Of a stretch of 64,000 bases of DNA, positions 38,837-49,973 are shown one piece after another. The stretch is from Candidatus Saccharimonadota bacterium. GTDB taxonomy: Bacteria; Patescibacteriota; Saccharimonadia; Saccharimonadales; UBA4665. The position numbers and the translations under genes were made by a program. Under the pieces are notes generated by a model, which did not search any database, had not been told where the DNA came from, and worked only from the letters and a program-made list of their open reading frames with translations. How positions within the stretch are numbered: the stretch's first letter is position 1; each line of letters opens with the position of its first letter. The stretch spans positions 21,701 through 85,700 of the forward strand of contig PLYP01000005.1 of the NCBI GenBank assembly GCA_003153395.1, in the 5' to 3' direction.

Positions 38837-39349
38837 TTAATTTGTAGTAGTACCGGAGGTAGGAGGTGTTGTGCTACCACTAGCGCCACCACCGCCAAAA
38901 CTCGGGTTTACTAAAATTCGAGATGCATTGGTAGTATTGGTCGTATCCTCAGATACAAAAACAATTTCACCACTTTGAATATCAGTCGTTGTAACGGTCT
39001 GTCCGGCGTCACTTATTTGTGTCGAGGATGTAATATTTAGAGTTACTGTAGTTCCACTTCTATTTAAAACGGAAATACTTGTGGGCGATATGGCACTGAC
39101 AGTCCCGACTACTCTATTTCCTCCACCAAACCTGCCTCTGCCTCCAACTCCAATACCGGACGCTAAAGCAGTCTGTTTAGACGTATTATGCTGTTTTTCG
39201 TATTGCGTTCCAGCAAAAAAGCTAACAGCTATTGCTACTACTAAAACTACTATGGCTATAGCTAACTTATTGCTAGTAAATGTACTAGCGGCAGTGGTTT
39301 GAGTACTTGCTGTTCTTATGTGCTCTTCACCTGATATAACCTTTTCCAT
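38837..39349 (-). CDS. Membrane-anchored accessory protein of the ABC operon (OB-fold/DUF5666-like)
   Basis: One TM, FFAGTQY, Gly-rich linker, GTVSAIS. Confidence 0.65.
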   Translation of the reverse strand: MEKVISGEEHIRTASTQTTAASTFTSNKLAIAIVVLVVAIAVSFFAGTQYEKQHNTSKQTALASGIGVGGRGRFGGGNRVVGTVSAISPTSISVLNRSGTTVTLNITSSTQISDAGQTVTTTDIQSGEIVFVSEDTTNTTNASRILVNPSFGGGGASGSTTPPTSGTTTN

Positions 39350-39363
39350 TAAATTTCCCTCAT

Positions 39364-40041
39364 TTACTTATTACGCTTATCCAATTTGCCGTCTTTTAAC
39401 TTAAATACGCTGTCAGTTTTACCTGCTATTGCTTGGTCGTGAGTAACGACTATAATTGTCGTTTTCTCGGTTTTAGATAATGAGTGCAATAGATCAAATA
39501 TCATTTCCCCTGTCTGCGAGTCTAAGTTGCCAGTGGGTTCATCTGCAAGAATCAGCTTTGGATTATTAGCAAGTGCTCGAGCAATAGCAACTCTTTGCTG
39601 CTCTCCGCCTGATAGTTTTGCAGGCTTTCGTTTCTGTTTATCTGCTTTTAGCCCAACTTGATCCAGTAGTTTTTGTGCTCTTTTTTGTCTTTCGTTTTTA
39701 CTAACGCCTCCGAACTCCATAGGCAGCATTACATTTTCTTTAGCGGTCAAGTTTGGAACTAAGTTATACCCTTGGAACACAAAGCCAATTCTCTGGCACC
39801 GATATTTAATTAATTCTCTATCGTGAAGAGAAGTTATATCTTGGCCGTCTACTTTTATTTCGCCGCTAGTTGGCTTGTCTAAAGCTCCTAATAAGCTAAG
39901 TAGCGTTGACTTACCGCTACCACTTCGACCAACAATAGAAGCAAATTCACCGTCCTTTACATCGATACTAATTCCGTTTACTGCGGCAACTATAGTGTCG
40001 CCGGATTTGAATGACTTTTTCAGATTCTTTACTTGTAACAT
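39364..40041 (-). CDS. ABC transporter ATP-binding protein (LolD/MacB type)
   Basis: [38 protein letters not shown]. Confidence 0.95.
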   Translation of the reverse strand: MLQVKNLKKSFKSGDTIVAAVNGISIDVKDGEFASIVGRSGSGKSTLLSLLGALDKPTSGEIKVDGQDITSLHDRELIKYRCQRIGFVFQGYNLVPNLTAKENVMLPMEFGGVSKNERQKRAQKLLDQVGLKADKQKRKPAKLSGGEQQRVAIARALANNPKLILADEPTGNLDSQTGEMIFDLLHSLSKTEKTTIIVVTHDQAIAGKTDSVFKLKDGKLDKRNK

Positions 40042-40042
40042 T

Positions 40043-41425
40043 TTATTCGCTCCTCAATACTTCTGCAGGTCTTACTTTAGATATAAATAGGGATACTACC
40101 CCACTGCCAATTAATGCGATCACTATAGCGGCTATAAAGCCGTCAATAATGATGTTCCAACCAACAGCTGCATGGATGCTGCTGAAGTTATTTCTTACAA
40201 AACCGAATGCACCACGTCCTCCTCCACCTACTCGTGGACCACCACCTCCTCCAACACCTGGCGTACCCGTTGAAGTTGAGTTAGTGACAAGCAGTCTGGT
40301 TATAGGATTGGCAGCAACTGCGCCCAGGGCCATGCCGATTGCTGATCCCATTAGAGTGAGCGTTACTGCTTCTGTCATAAATTGAATAGCAATTCGGAGG
40401 TTTGAGGCCCCAATGGCTTTCAATACTCCGATCTCTCTGGTTCGTTCCCGCACAATCATTACCATAGTAAGCAGTATTATTATTCCCCCGGCAATAATCG
40501 CACCTATCAAACTGTATAGGGAGATACTCTTTACGCTGTTCAAAGGTTGGACTGCTTGATTTGCCTGATCGACTGAACTCACGACGTCAGCCGATGAGCC
40601 GAGAGTTGTCTTAATATTACTGGTAGCCGAGCTTAAATTATCTATTGAATCAATACTAGCAATGGCGCTCGTAACTTCGCCGCTTTGACCACTTAAGCGT
40701 TGTTCAGCTGGAAGCGAAATTATTACAGAATTCGATGCGCCGCGGTTAGTTGTAGTGAAAATTCCGGCAACCGTAAGGTTTGCTCCGTATGCAGCAAATG
40801 TAGATCCTACTTTTAGGTTATTCTTACTAGCCATATCTTGGCTTATTAATGAATTGTTTGAATCCAAGGATCCGTTAATAGATTTTCCTGAAGAAATAGT
40901 AATGTCGGTGCCATTTATCTGGTTTGGTGCAGTTGTTCCAATTATACTAATTGGTGGAGAGAAGTTAGCTGGCAGTCCTCCTCCACCCGATAAAAATAAT
41001 CTCCCTCCACCACCACCACCGCTATCTGGATTTAATGTAACCGGAGAGGATAGGCTAGTCTGATTGTTACTTGAAGACGAGTTGCCTCCACCAAAAGGAT
41101 TGCTCGTCTGCGAAGAACCAATGGTAGTCAAACGATCCGTTAGATTTTCACTTAGCTGAGTTACATGAGCTAGAGAATTTACTTTTGTAAGCTGCGAAGT
41201 AGTTAGAGCATTATTGACTTGGCTAAAATTACTAAATCCGGCAGGAGAAATAGTTACCGTATTTCCCACTGAGGCTTTTACGGCAACGATTTTATCCCCT
41301 ACTGCTTTGTTGGCAATGAGCATTGATAAAGCCAGGCCCATACTCAGTCCTAAAATTATTACTATAGAAGATGTTCTTATTATATTTCTAAAAGCGTTTC
41401 GTATTCCGCGGGTCACAGCATTCAT
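40043..41425 (-). CDS. ABC transporter permease (FtsX/MacB type)
   Basis: N-terminal TM, large extracellular loop, VRERTREIGVLKAIGA, PAEVLRSE. Confidence 0.93.
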   Translation of the reverse strand: MNAVTRGIRNAFRNIIRTSSIVIILGLSMGLALSMLIANKAVGDKIVAVKASVGNTVTISPAGFSNFSQVNNALTTSQLTKVNSLAHVTQLSENLTDRLTTIGSSQTSNPFGGGNSSSSNNQTSLSSPVTLNPDSGGGGGGRLFLSGGGGLPANFSPPISIIGTTAPNQINGTDITISSGKSINGSLDSNNSLISQDMASKNNLKVGSTFAAYGANLTVAGIFTTTNRGASNSVIISLPAEQRLSGQSGEVTSAIASIDSIDNLSSATSNIKTTLGSSADVVSSVDQANQAVQPLNSVKSISLYSLIGAIIAGGIIILLTMVMIVRERTREIGVLKAIGASNLRIAIQFMTEAVTLTLMGSAIGMALGAVAANPITRLLVTNSTSTGTPGVGGGGGPRVGGGGRGAFGFVRNNFSSIHAAVGWNIIIDGFIAAIVIALIGSGVVSLFISKVRPAEVLRSE

Positions 41426-41511
41426 ATATTTTTAGTCCTTAATAATTGTTTTGTTAGCTGCAATGTATAAGGACCAGCTGAAGCTTAGCTGTAGCGAATA
41501 CGTATTTATCT

Positions 41512-41949
41512 TTACATAACGACTTTTAACCTCATGCATTTACTACAAAGGCCTTGAATTTCAATCTGATGCTTTGATGCTGAAAAATTATGCGTATCTG
41601 ATATTTGTATAATAAGCTTTTCCAGTTCATCATCCTCCCTAATAGGTATAACCCTGCCACAGTTCGTACAACTCAGATGATGGTGATGGTGTGCAAATTT
41701 ATCAGTTAGCTCGATCTTATACTTCCAGCCGAGATTGACTCGGTGAGCTACACCGATTTCCTCAAATAGATTAATAGTCCTATAAAGGCTAGCTCTGTCA
41801 AAACGATTCTTTCCAATTCTCAGCAAACTATTCATAGAAATAGGTTCTTGTCCTTTTAGTAAGTTGAACACTATTAGCCTGGTTTTAGTTACGCTGTGAT
41901 TATTGGTTCTAAGCGTAGTTTTAAAAAGCCTTATTGCGCTGTCATCCAT
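41512..41949 (-). CDS. zur: Fur-family regulator, probably Zur
   Basis: SLYRTINLF, HHHHLSCTNCG, GLCSKC; divergent from the metal ABC operon. Confidence 0.85.
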   Translation of the reverse strand: MDDSAIRLFKTTLRTNNHSVTKTRLIVFNLLKGQEPISMNSLLRIGKNRFDRASLYRTINLFEEIGVAHRVNLGWKYKIELTDKFAHHHHHLSCTNCGRVIPIREDDELEKLIIQISDTHNFSASKHQIEIQGLCSKCMRLKVVM

Positions 41950-41967
41950 GTAGCAATAATATTATTT

Positions 41968-41984
41968 TTGCGACATATTTGCAA
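41968..41984. promoter_or_regulatory. Candidate Fur/Zur operator
   Basis: Imperfect palindrome TTGCGA-CATAT-TTGCAA in the 65-nt divergent gap. Confidence 0.4.
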
Positions 41985-42014
41985 TATTTAGCTTTCGGCT
42001 AGTACTATAAAGTT

Positions 42015-42941
42015 GTGAAAAAGATTAACTTGAACGTATTAATCAGTGCGGGTTTTATAACTATATTTATATTAATTTTAGGGGTAGTATTTTTTAGCAG
42101 CAATAATAGTGCAGGCCATAAGTTGCCTATAAAAGTAGTTGCGGGAGAAAATTTTTGGGGAAATCTCGTATCACAATTGGGGGGCAATAAAGTCAGTGTA
42201 ACAAGCATCGTTTCAGATCCTAACGCAGATCCGCACGAATACGAAAGCAATACATCCAATGCCAGATCATTCGCAGCGGCCGATTATGTTGTCTTAAACG
42301 GCGCCGGATATGACAGCTGGGCAAATAAATTATTGAGCGCTAATCCCAGCAGCTCGCGTAAAGTTTTAACTATCGCCACTCTAATTGGCAAAAAAGACGG
42401 TGATAATCCCCATTTTTGGTACAGCCCAACTTACGTTAACGAGTCTATTAGCCAGATGAAAGCAGATTTAATTAAATTAGATCCTAAAGACGCGGGATAT
42501 TTTAATCAGCAATACATAGCTCTGCAAAAGTCACTAAGCGGTTACCAAAATAGGATTAAAAGCATTAAAGACAAGTACCAGTCAACTAAAGTTGCAGCAA
42601 CTGAAGATATATTTGCTTACTTAGCAGAAGCCTCGGGACTCAACCTAATATCACCACCACCATTTATACAGGCTGTGGCAGAAGGCAATGATCCTCCGGC
42701 TGATAGTGTGGTTTTATTCCAGCAGCAGCTTCAATCCAACGAGCCGAAAGTACTGGTATATAATGAACAAACAGTGACACCTCTTACAAATAATATTAAG
42801 CAGTTAGCAGCTCAGCAAAATATACCTATAGTTGGAGTCACTGAAACAATACAACCACCGGACACCAGTTTTCAGGATTGGATGAATTCGGAGCTAATTA
42901 ATTTAGAAAATGCATTAAATGCTCAGGCGTTAGGTAGATAA
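42015..42941 (+). CDS. znuA: Zn/Mn ABC transporter substrate-binding protein
   Basis: DPHEYE, NGAGYD, NPHFW, YNEQT, VTET. Confidence 0.9.
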   Translation: MKKINLNVLISAGFITIFILILGVVFFSSNNSAGHKLPIKVVAGENFWGNLVSQLGGNKVSVTSIVSDPNADPHEYESNTSNARSFAAADYVVLNGAGYDSWANKLLSANPSSSRKVLTIATLIGKKDGDNPHFWYSPTYVNESISQMKADLIKLDPKDAGYFNQQYIALQKSLSGYQNRIKSIKDKYQSTKVAATEDIFAYLAEASGLNLISPPPFIQAVAEGNDPPADSVVLFQQQLQSNEPKVLVYNEQTVTPLTNNIKQLAAQQNIPIVGVTETIQPPDTSFQDWMNSELINLENALNAQALGR

Positions 42942-42942
42942 T

Positions 42943-43752
42943 TTGTCAGAAGCGCCCAAAAAAGATGACCTGGTTATTAGTGCCAAGGGTTTAAGTGTAG
43001 GCTATGGCCCAAATGTAATATGGCAAGACGCTAGTTTCTCTGTAAGAAGAGGAGAATTTATAGGCCTTCTAGGTCCCAATGGATCGGGTAAGACCACACT
43101 CTTTAGATTACTTCTCGGCCTCACCAAACCGCTGACTGGTAGTATAAAAATTTTAGACGAAGAATTAAGACGAGGAAATCCAAAAATTGGTTATGTACCT
43201 CAAAGACGCCTACTAGATAGTGAATCAAGGCTACATGCATTAGAGTATGTAATTTTGGGAATAGACGGCAATAAGTATGGCATTAGCCTTTTTAGAGCTA
43301 AAGCAAATAGAAATGAGGCGATTGAAGCATTAAGATTGGTTGACGGCTTAGCTTTTGCCTACAAACCTCTGAGTGAATTATCCGGAGGCGAGCTACAGAA
43401 AGTTTATTTAGCACAAGCACTGGTTGGTCAGCCCGAGCTCCTGTTGCTTGACGAGCCTCTGGCAAATTTGGATATACGCAGAAGTAACGAACAGATAAGG
43501 CTAATAAAAACAATCACTGAAAAAAACAACATCGCGGTACTACTTATTGCTCACGATATTAACCCGCTACTTCCAGTAGTTGACAGGATTATTTATATAG
43601 CTAATAAAAAGGTGGTATCCGGATCCATAGATCAGGTAATTTCAAGCGAAAGACTATCTAACTTATATAATTCACCTATCGAAGTACTTAAGGATTCTAA
43701 AGGAAGATTAGCGGTATTGGGAGTAGAGGAAGCCATACATCATGATGAATAA
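42943..43752 (+). CDS. znuC: Zn/Mn ABC transporter ATP-binding protein
   Basis: GPNGSGKTT, GYVPQ, LSGGE, LLLDEP. Confidence 0.9.
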   Translation: MSEAPKKDDLVISAKGLSVGYGPNVIWQDASFSVRRGEFIGLLGPNGSGKTTLFRLLLGLTKPLTGSIKILDEELRRGNPKIGYVPQRRLLDSESRLHALEYVILGIDGNKYGISLFRAKANRNEAIEALRLVDGLAFAYKPLSELSGGELQKVYLAQALVGQPELLLLDEPLANLDIRRSNEQIRLIKTITEKNNIAVLLIAHDINPLLPVVDRIIYIANKKVVSGSIDQVISSERLSNLYNSPIEVLKDSKGRLAVLGVEEAIHHDE

Positions 43753-44620
43753 TATTGCTGTTATATTTAGCTGGAACATATGGAATGATCTTCAAGATAT
43801 GTGGCAATACCCGTTTATGAGACATGCTTTTGAAGCTGGTACTGTTGTTGCAATCGTTGCTGGGATAGTAGGTTATTTCGTAGTAATACGTAGGCTTTCT
43901 TTTGCCGCTCATGCCTTATCTCATATAGGCTTTGCCGGTGCTGCGGGAGCCGTACTAGCGGGTATAAATCCTCTCCTAGGTTTAATAGGTTTTACAGCCG
44001 GAGGAGGACTGGCTATGGCGGGACTGGGAAGAAAAGCAGCCAGCCAGGACGTCCAGATTGGCACAGTTCTAGCATTCATGCTTGGACTTGGCGTACTATT
44101 TATCAGTTTATATAAAGGCTATGCAACAGAGGCATATTCGATTTTATTTGGAGAAATATTAGGTATAAGTACCGGCGATGTGTGGCTGACCGCCTTTTTT
44201 GGATTAATAATAGTGGTTGTGGTGACAACTATGTACAGAAGGCTGCTCTTTACATCACTAGATGAGGATGTAGCGGAAGCAAAAGGAACATCGCTGCTTG
44301 GAACAAGTATAGTCTTTATGTTAATACTTGCTTTGGCAACTTCTATGTCAGTTCAAGTCGTAGGCGTGCTATTAATCTTTGCGCTTATGGTGACACCCGC
44401 GGCAATTGCTCAGAGACTTGCATATAAACCAAGTCAAGGGATTGCTATAGCTGTAATATGTTCACTCCTTGCGACATGGGTCGGCTTATTCGCTTCGTAT
44501 TATTTGCCGTACCCAGTAAGCTTTTTCATCGTTACTTTCATTTTTTCAATATATGTTTTGGTTAGATTAATTCAAGCATTTTCACATAGACAAAAGAAAA
44601 CGTTAATAAAGTCTATATAA
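43742..44620 (+). CDS. znuB: Zn/Mn ABC transporter permease
   Basis: FAAHALSHIGFAG, ILFGEILG, DEDVAEAKG, LMVTPAA. Confidence 0.9.
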   Translation: MMNNIAVIFSWNIWNDLQDMWQYPFMRHAFEAGTVVAIVAGIVGYFVVIRRLSFAAHALSHIGFAGAAGAVLAGINPLLGLIGFTAGGGLAMAGLGRKAASQDVQIGTVLAFMLGLGVLFISLYKGYATEAYSILFGEILGISTGDVWLTAFFGLIIVVVVTTMYRRLLFTSLDEDVAEAKGTSLLGTSIVFMLILALATSMSVQVVGVLLIFALMVTPAAIAQRLAYKPSQGIAIAVICSLLATWVGLFASYYLPYPVSFFIVTFIFSIYVLVRLIQAFSHRQKKTLIKSI

Positions 44621-44627
44621 GATAACT

Positions 44628-46157
44628 TTAGGTGTGGACAATAACGGGCGTTCCAATAGGCGCCCAGCTATAAATCCAAGACGCATCATCGTCTCCTAAA
44701 CCTACGCAGCCGTGTGAACTATTTACGTTGCCGAAGTAACTTGTTGGACGCCAGTAATTGCCGTGGATAGCATAATCTTTATAAAAATAATTTATCCAAG
44801 GAACATGAGGCTGAAAGTAACTACTTCCATCAACATTTTCGCCTTGCATATCCTGGGTGGTAAACTTTGAATATATTGCGAATTGACCAGTTACTGTTGG
44901 CGTAGCTGGCGCACCGGCGGTTACTAAATCTGTAGTTACTAAATTGGTAAATTCGTAGGCATAAAGTCTTTTATTGGTTGTGTCGACTTCTATCCATTTA
45001 GGATAATTGCCGGCGGTTATAGTTTCAAAGGGTTGGGTATTTATAGGCAGAGTCTCGCTTATACCCTTGCTGCTTAATAAATCGCTGGCAACTCTTGTTG
45101 CGATAGCATTTTCATTAGTTACACTTATTCCATTAACTCCAGGTACTAGTACCTGGGTAGTGCCGTTATTACTGACCATTACTTGAGCTTTAGCCGGATG
45201 AGTAATTGGCGAGGCAATACTATCAATATAGGCAAGAACTTTACCACTATTAACAGTTATAGCGACTTTCTTGGTTTTGTCGTTAGGCGTAATCTCTAGC
45301 CAGTTTGCTATATCACTCGCTGATGCAGTTATAGTTTGTCCGCCAACAACAAAGCTGGCATTTTGATTCAGGGTGCTGCTAAGCGTAGTTTTGTATGGCG
45401 CTAATTCGTCCGCTGTTAAAGCCGGGTTAACAGCAAGAGTTTGAAGCTTTATAGGGCTAGTGTTTAAATCTGTGGCCGTGTTTATTAATGAGCTGGCGCC
45501 ATTAATTAAACCGTATTGTTTACCTGTGACTGCACCAACAATACTTATTTTACCTCCGGTAATACTTAAACTGGCGTCTTGCGATGGTTGCACAGTAATT
45601 TGCGTCGAGGTATTTATAAAACTATTAAACATTGCTTCATTCTTATTGAAAATTAGGCTTACTTTAATAGGACGCCACCACATAAGTAGATTAGTAAGTC
45701 TATGCTCGCTGCCGTGCATGGAGCTGAGAGTTTTTTTAGAGTTAAGGTCTAATCCTAGATTAGATAAACCATAATATTTTTTTGTACCATTTGGGTAAGC
45801 GACTGTTAACTTATAGGCTTTTATTTGATTATTTATTTTACTTATTAAGGCTGTGTCGCTTAAATTGCTTGAGTATGCCTTATTGGCTAGAGCAAATTTT
45901 GAAATAAACATAGCTCCGAACAACCAAATAATTAAAACGGCAGCTAATCCCGAAACCGAATATATTAGTAAGTGTTTTTGGTTTTTGGTTTTTTCTTGAT
46001 CGATGCTATCGGGTGCTACAGTATTTTCAGGCTCTTTTAAGTCCTCAACAATAGTTTTATCTGTTGAGTTATCTGCCTGCCCTTTAGTGATAACCTGCCC
46101 CAGCCACTGCTTTTTCTCGTCAATTGCTGGCTCAGATTCTTGGTCCTCGTCCGACAT
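44628..46157 (-). CDS. Membrane-anchored L,D-transpeptidase (YkuD domain)
   Basis: TPTVTG, YAIHG, SHGCV, IGTPV. Confidence 0.92.
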   Translation of the reverse strand: MSDEDQESEPAIDEKKQWLGQVITKGQADNSTDKTIVEDLKEPENTVAPDSIDQEKTKNQKHLLIYSVSGLAAVLIIWLFGAMFISKFALANKAYSSNLSDTALISKINNQIKAYKLTVAYPNGTKKYYGLSNLGLDLNSKKTLSSMHGSEHRLTNLLMWWRPIKVSLIFNKNEAMFNSFINTSTQITVQPSQDASLSITGGKISIVGAVTGKQYGLINGASSLINTATDLNTSPIKLQTLAVNPALTADELAPYKTTLSSTLNQNASFVVGGQTITASASDIANWLEITPNDKTKKVAITVNSGKVLAYIDSIASPITHPAKAQVMVSNNGTTQVLVPGVNGISVTNENAIATRVASDLLSSKGISETLPINTQPFETITAGNYPKWIEVDTTNKRLYAYEFTNLVTTDLVTAGAPATPTVTGQFAIYSKFTTQDMQGENVDGSSYFQPHVPWINYFYKDYAIHGNYWRPTSYFGNVNSSHGCVGLGDDDASWIYSWAPIGTPVIVHT

Positions 46158-46344
46158 ACACTGGTCTACCTTATGCTTAGTTTAACATTTAACGAGCTAT
46201 ATTAAACAGCTTTTTTAGGACCTAAAAGATCGCTACATATATTAATAATGCGTACATATTGGCATATCGTTAGCAGAGGATGTTCCGTGACGATTTTATA
46301 TTAAAGATAGGGAATATGCATCAGGTCGTTAAGCTGTCTGATTT

Positions 46345-47979
46345 CTATTCATTAGCCAGGTCACGCCTATTGAACTTAATTGCACCTATTACACATAGGG
46401 ATACGCCCAAGACTAAGATTATAAAGTTACTACGCCAGTTCGGACTTACTGCCGGGGCTAGTTCAATATGATGAACTATTGAAGTATCCAATATCCAATG
46501 ATTTAAGTTAATACCAGAGCTTACCATCTGTATTAAGAACGACCATCCTATCGCTCCGTATGCCAAAATTGAAGTAAGTCTTGGCATAAAGCCTAAAGCA
46601 ATGGCGCCAATTCCAACAGTCAAGAAAGAAGGTGGCAATATATTAAAACCAGCTATAAATATTGAGTGAAAAGAAGCGCCACTGTGTTGTGAAAATACAC
46701 CTGCCCAAGTACCGATGCTGCTTGCTAGACCCATAAGAATGATTATGCTAAAAACCATCAATATTCTTCCTGACAGCCATTTATATCTACTCACTGGCCG
46801 TACTAGGTAATTATCCAAATATCCCTGCGCTTCTTCTTCTCTTATTCTGCCTAGTGCGCTTGCTGAGTAAGACATTATTAAAACCATGAGTAAGAAGAAT
46901 ACTATTCCAAGATACAGAATACTTGCTGAAGACGAATTTGTTTGCAGTAATTTATTGACTCCATGCACTGCTGATGTCTGCATAAACGCTTGAGCCGCAG
47001 ATTTTGTAAGTAGTCCATAGAAGATAGAAACTAGTAGTACTGCCGCTATCCAGCTTAGTGTATTGCCGCGATTTAATCGTATTGATGCAGATAACGGACT
47101 GCCTAATAATTTATTGCTAGATTTAACACTAGTTTTTTCAGCTATGATGCTGTCCCCCATATCTCTTCTCCCGGCAAGATAAACACTTAAATAACTGAGG
47201 AATAAAATAAGTGCAAGCAGGGGTAATAGCCAAATGGGTTGGGGCTTATATAACGGCTGCAATTTTTCTATCCATCCCAGCGGAGTAAAGTAATACAACC
47301 AATTTAGTGTCGTTACGTCGGCCATGGCGCGAACTAAAAAGAATATCCCAAAAATAGTTGCAGCCGCACCTGCAGCTCGACTTCGAGTGGGCATGAACTG
47401 ACTAGTAAGTGCACCGACGCTTATAAATAATGCACCCCCTATAACTGATGCTAATGCGAAATATAGTGCTGGGCCAACACCTATATTCACAGCTTGGTCT
47501 TTGCCTATTAAAACAAAACAGGCAGCTACAATTACATATATAATTAGCATAGTTGCCAGTAGTCCAACTAATGCGTTAACAGCAGCCTTCCTTGCAGTAG
47601 TTTGTCCAGCCAGTAATATTTCCCATCTACCGGACTCTTCTGCTCCTCTAAAAGTTTTAGTTGAAAGTAGTAAGGCCCATATAGCTAAAATAATTACTAC
47701 TACTCCAATTGTGTTCCACTGTGCATACCCGGCTACAGTGGATATACCGTGTGGCCTTCCAAGCAAGGCACTTAATCCAGTATTACTGCCAAAGTTAGCG
47801 GCAATTTTATCTCTACTTATCTGCGTTGGATATGCTTTGGAAAAGCCAATTGCCTTAGATGCTACATAAGCACCGATTATTAAAGCCCAGAATACACCAC
47901 CCCTAATACTCTGTTTCATTATGAATCTACCTATAAGTGTTTGTGGTGATTTGTAATAGACGGGCGTGTTAATCGACAT
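46345..47979 (-). CDS. ABC-2 type exporter permease (duplicated halves)
   Basis: EESGRWE and EEAQGYLD repeats, RRD motifs; start placed at MSINTP (47979), overlapping the ATPase end. Confidence 0.88.
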   Translation of the reverse strand: MSINTPVYYKSPQTLIGRFIMKQSIRGGVFWALIIGAYVASKAIGFSKAYPTQISRDKIAANFGSNTGLSALLGRPHGISTVAGYAQWNTIGVVVIILAIWALLLSTKTFRGAEESGRWEILLAGQTTARKAAVNALVGLLATMLIIYVIVAACFVLIGKDQAVNIGVGPALYFALASVIGGALFISVGALTSQFMPTRSRAAGAAATIFGIFFLVRAMADVTTLNWLYYFTPLGWIEKLQPLYKPQPIWLLPLLALILFLSYLSVYLAGRRDMGDSIIAEKTSVKSSNKLLGSPLSASIRLNRGNTLSWIAAVLLVSIFYGLLTKSAAQAFMQTSAVHGVNKLLQTNSSSASILYLGIVFFLLMVLIMSYSASALGRIREEEAQGYLDNYLVRPVSRYKWLSGRILMVFSIIILMGLASSIGTWAGVFSQHSGASFHSIFIAGFNILPPSFLTVGIGAIALGFMPRLTSILAYGAIGWSFLIQMVSSGINLNHWILDTSIVHHIELAPAVSPNWRSNFIILVLGVSLCVIGAIKFNRRDLANE

Positions 47980-48883
47980 TATCACTATCCAAATTACGTA
48001 CTTCCTTATCACCGTATAGAGAAAGAAATAGTTCTTCAAGAGATGGCTCTCTGCTAAGTAATGATTTTGGTTTAGCCGCAACTAATACGCTAAGTAAGGG
48101 TGCTATCGGACCCCTGACCTGACATATTAATTCATGCCCGATTATTTTCACATCACTGACGCCTTTTATATGATCAACTTTGGGAGGAGCTGCCTCAAAA
48201 GTTGCTTGAACAGTTAGAGCAGATAAGTGCCTCATCTCCGAAAGCGTACCAAGCTCAACTAGTTTACCGGCTCTTAATATACCTACTCTATCGCATAAAG
48301 CTTCAACCTCTTCAAGGATGTGTGAGGATAAAAAAACTGTTTGTTTGTTAGCTTTGGCTTCTAAAACACTTTGCCTGAAAGCTTGCTCCATAATGGGATC
48401 CAAACCAGTTGTCGGTTCGTCCATAATTAGTAGATCAGCTCGCGTCATAAGCGCTGCAATAATATTAATTTTTTGGCGATTACCTTTAGAGTATGTTCTT
48501 ACTTTTTTTGATGTATCAAACTTAAAGCGCTTTACCAGTTCAGCTTGATAGCTTAAATCTACTTTACCGTGTATTTTACCCAGCAGTAGCAAAGTTTCTT
48601 TTCCGGTGAGTCCTGGCCAGAAAGTTGCTTCTCCGGGAATATACGCTATTTTTTTATGAGCTTCAACTTTATTTTTTTGACTATCAACACCAAACACTAA
48701 AGCGGAGCCGCTGGATGGCTTAATTAAGCCCAGAATCGCTCGAATAGTAGTAGTTTTACCAGCCCCGTTAGGGCCTAAATATCCAAATACTTCACCTTTT
48801 TTTACTGTTAGATCTAATGATGATAGAGCGAAGAATTTTCCGTATTTTTTTGATAAATTTTTAATTATTAGAGCGTCGTCCAT
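47969..48883 (-). CDS. ABC-2 type exporter ATP-binding protein
   Basis: GPNGAGKTT, YSKGNRQK, DEPTTGLDP, SSHIL. Confidence 0.94.
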   Translation of the reverse strand: MDDALIIKNLSKKYGKFFALSSLDLTVKKGEVFGYLGPNGAGKTTTIRAILGLIKPSSGSALVFGVDSQKNKVEAHKKIAYIPGEATFWPGLTGKETLLLLGKIHGKVDLSYQAELVKRFKFDTSKKVRTYSKGNRQKINIIAALMTRADLLIMDEPTTGLDPIMEQAFRQSVLEAKANKQTVFLSSHILEEVEALCDRVGILRAGKLVELGTLSEMRHLSALTVQATFEAAPPKVDHIKGVSDVKIIGHELICQVRGPIAPLLSVLVAAKPKSLLSREPSLEELFLSLYGDKEVRNLDSDNVD

Positions 48884-49017
48884 ATTACTTCCTTAAAAAT
48901 ATTTACTCGTTTTCTGTATGTAGCCACATAGTTTCAAATAAAGAGCAGTGTTGCAATGACGCTCATCAATAATATTATTCTTCTTTCGATTTTTTTACTA
49001 TACTTAAAGGCAAAGAT

Positions 49018-49968
49018 ATGTCAAAACCGCAGATAATTATTTCCGGATCAATCGCAATTGATAGAATTATGAACTTTTCAGGTCAGTTTGTTGATCTAAT
49101 TGAGCCGGCTAAACTTGATGTGCTTAGTGTCAGCGTATTAGTTGACTCTCTAAAAATTGCTGAAGGCGGAACAGGAGCTAACATAGCATATAATCTAGCT
49201 TCATTAGGGGAGAAGCCTGTCTTACTAGGGAGTGTAGGAGTTGACGCTGCAAAATATATTGAACGATTATCTCTTCTTGGTGTTAATACATCGAGAGTTA
49301 ATACATCGAATCTACCAACAGCTAGTTTTAATGTTTTAACAGATTCCAGCGATAATCAAGTCGGCGGGTTTTACCCTGGAGCGATGAATGACTCCACCCC
49401 TACCGACTTAAAACCGTTAATGGTTGGGGATGCACTTTTTTGTTTGTCTGCCCATAGTCCAATGGACATGAAAAACCAGATTGATCAAATAAAGAAACAC
49501 AATCTGAGGTTAATATTTGATCCAGGTCAGCAAGTTACTAATATGTCGGTTGAAGATTTAAAGTCAGGTATTGAAGCTGCGGAAGTACTGCTAGTCAACG
49601 AATATGAATTCGGTATCCTATGTAGCCGAACGGGAATAGATAAAGACTTGCTGAAGAAAACAGTTCCCTACTTGGTTATTACTCACGGCATTCATGGCTC
49701 CCTTATCACCGGTAAAGATATTGAGGAGCCTATAAATATTGGCATTGCAAAACCAAATAATATTAAAGACCCGACAGGCGCCGGAGATGCTTACAGGGCT
49801 GGGTTTTTATTCGGATATTTGCGACAATGGAGTCTAGAAAGTTGCGCAAAACTGGGTGCTACTCTTGCTTCGTTTGTGCTTGAAGAATTCGGCCCGCAAG
49901 TTAAGCTTTCAAAAGAAAACATTATTATTAGATACAAAGAATCATTTAATGAGGAGATAGAAATATAA
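49018..49968 (+). CDS. PfkB-family kinase, probably adenosine kinase
   Basis: [44 protein letters not shown]; immediately upstream of ahcY. Confidence 0.87.
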   Translation: MSKPQIIISGSIAIDRIMNFSGQFVDLIEPAKLDVLSVSVLVDSLKIAEGGTGANIAYNLASLGEKPVLLGSVGVDAAKYIERLSLLGVNTSRVNTSNLPTASFNVLTDSSDNQVGGFYPGAMNDSTPTDLKPLMVGDALFCLSAHSPMDMKNQIDQIKKHNLRLIFDPGQQVTNMSVEDLKSGIEAAEVLLVNEYEFGILCSRTGIDKDLLKKTVPYLVITHGIHGSLITGKDIEEPINIGIAKPNNIKDPTGAGDAYRAGFLFGYLRQWSLESCAKLGATLASFVLEEFGPQVKLSKENIIIRYKESFNEEIEI

Positions 49969-49973
49969 CGCTT

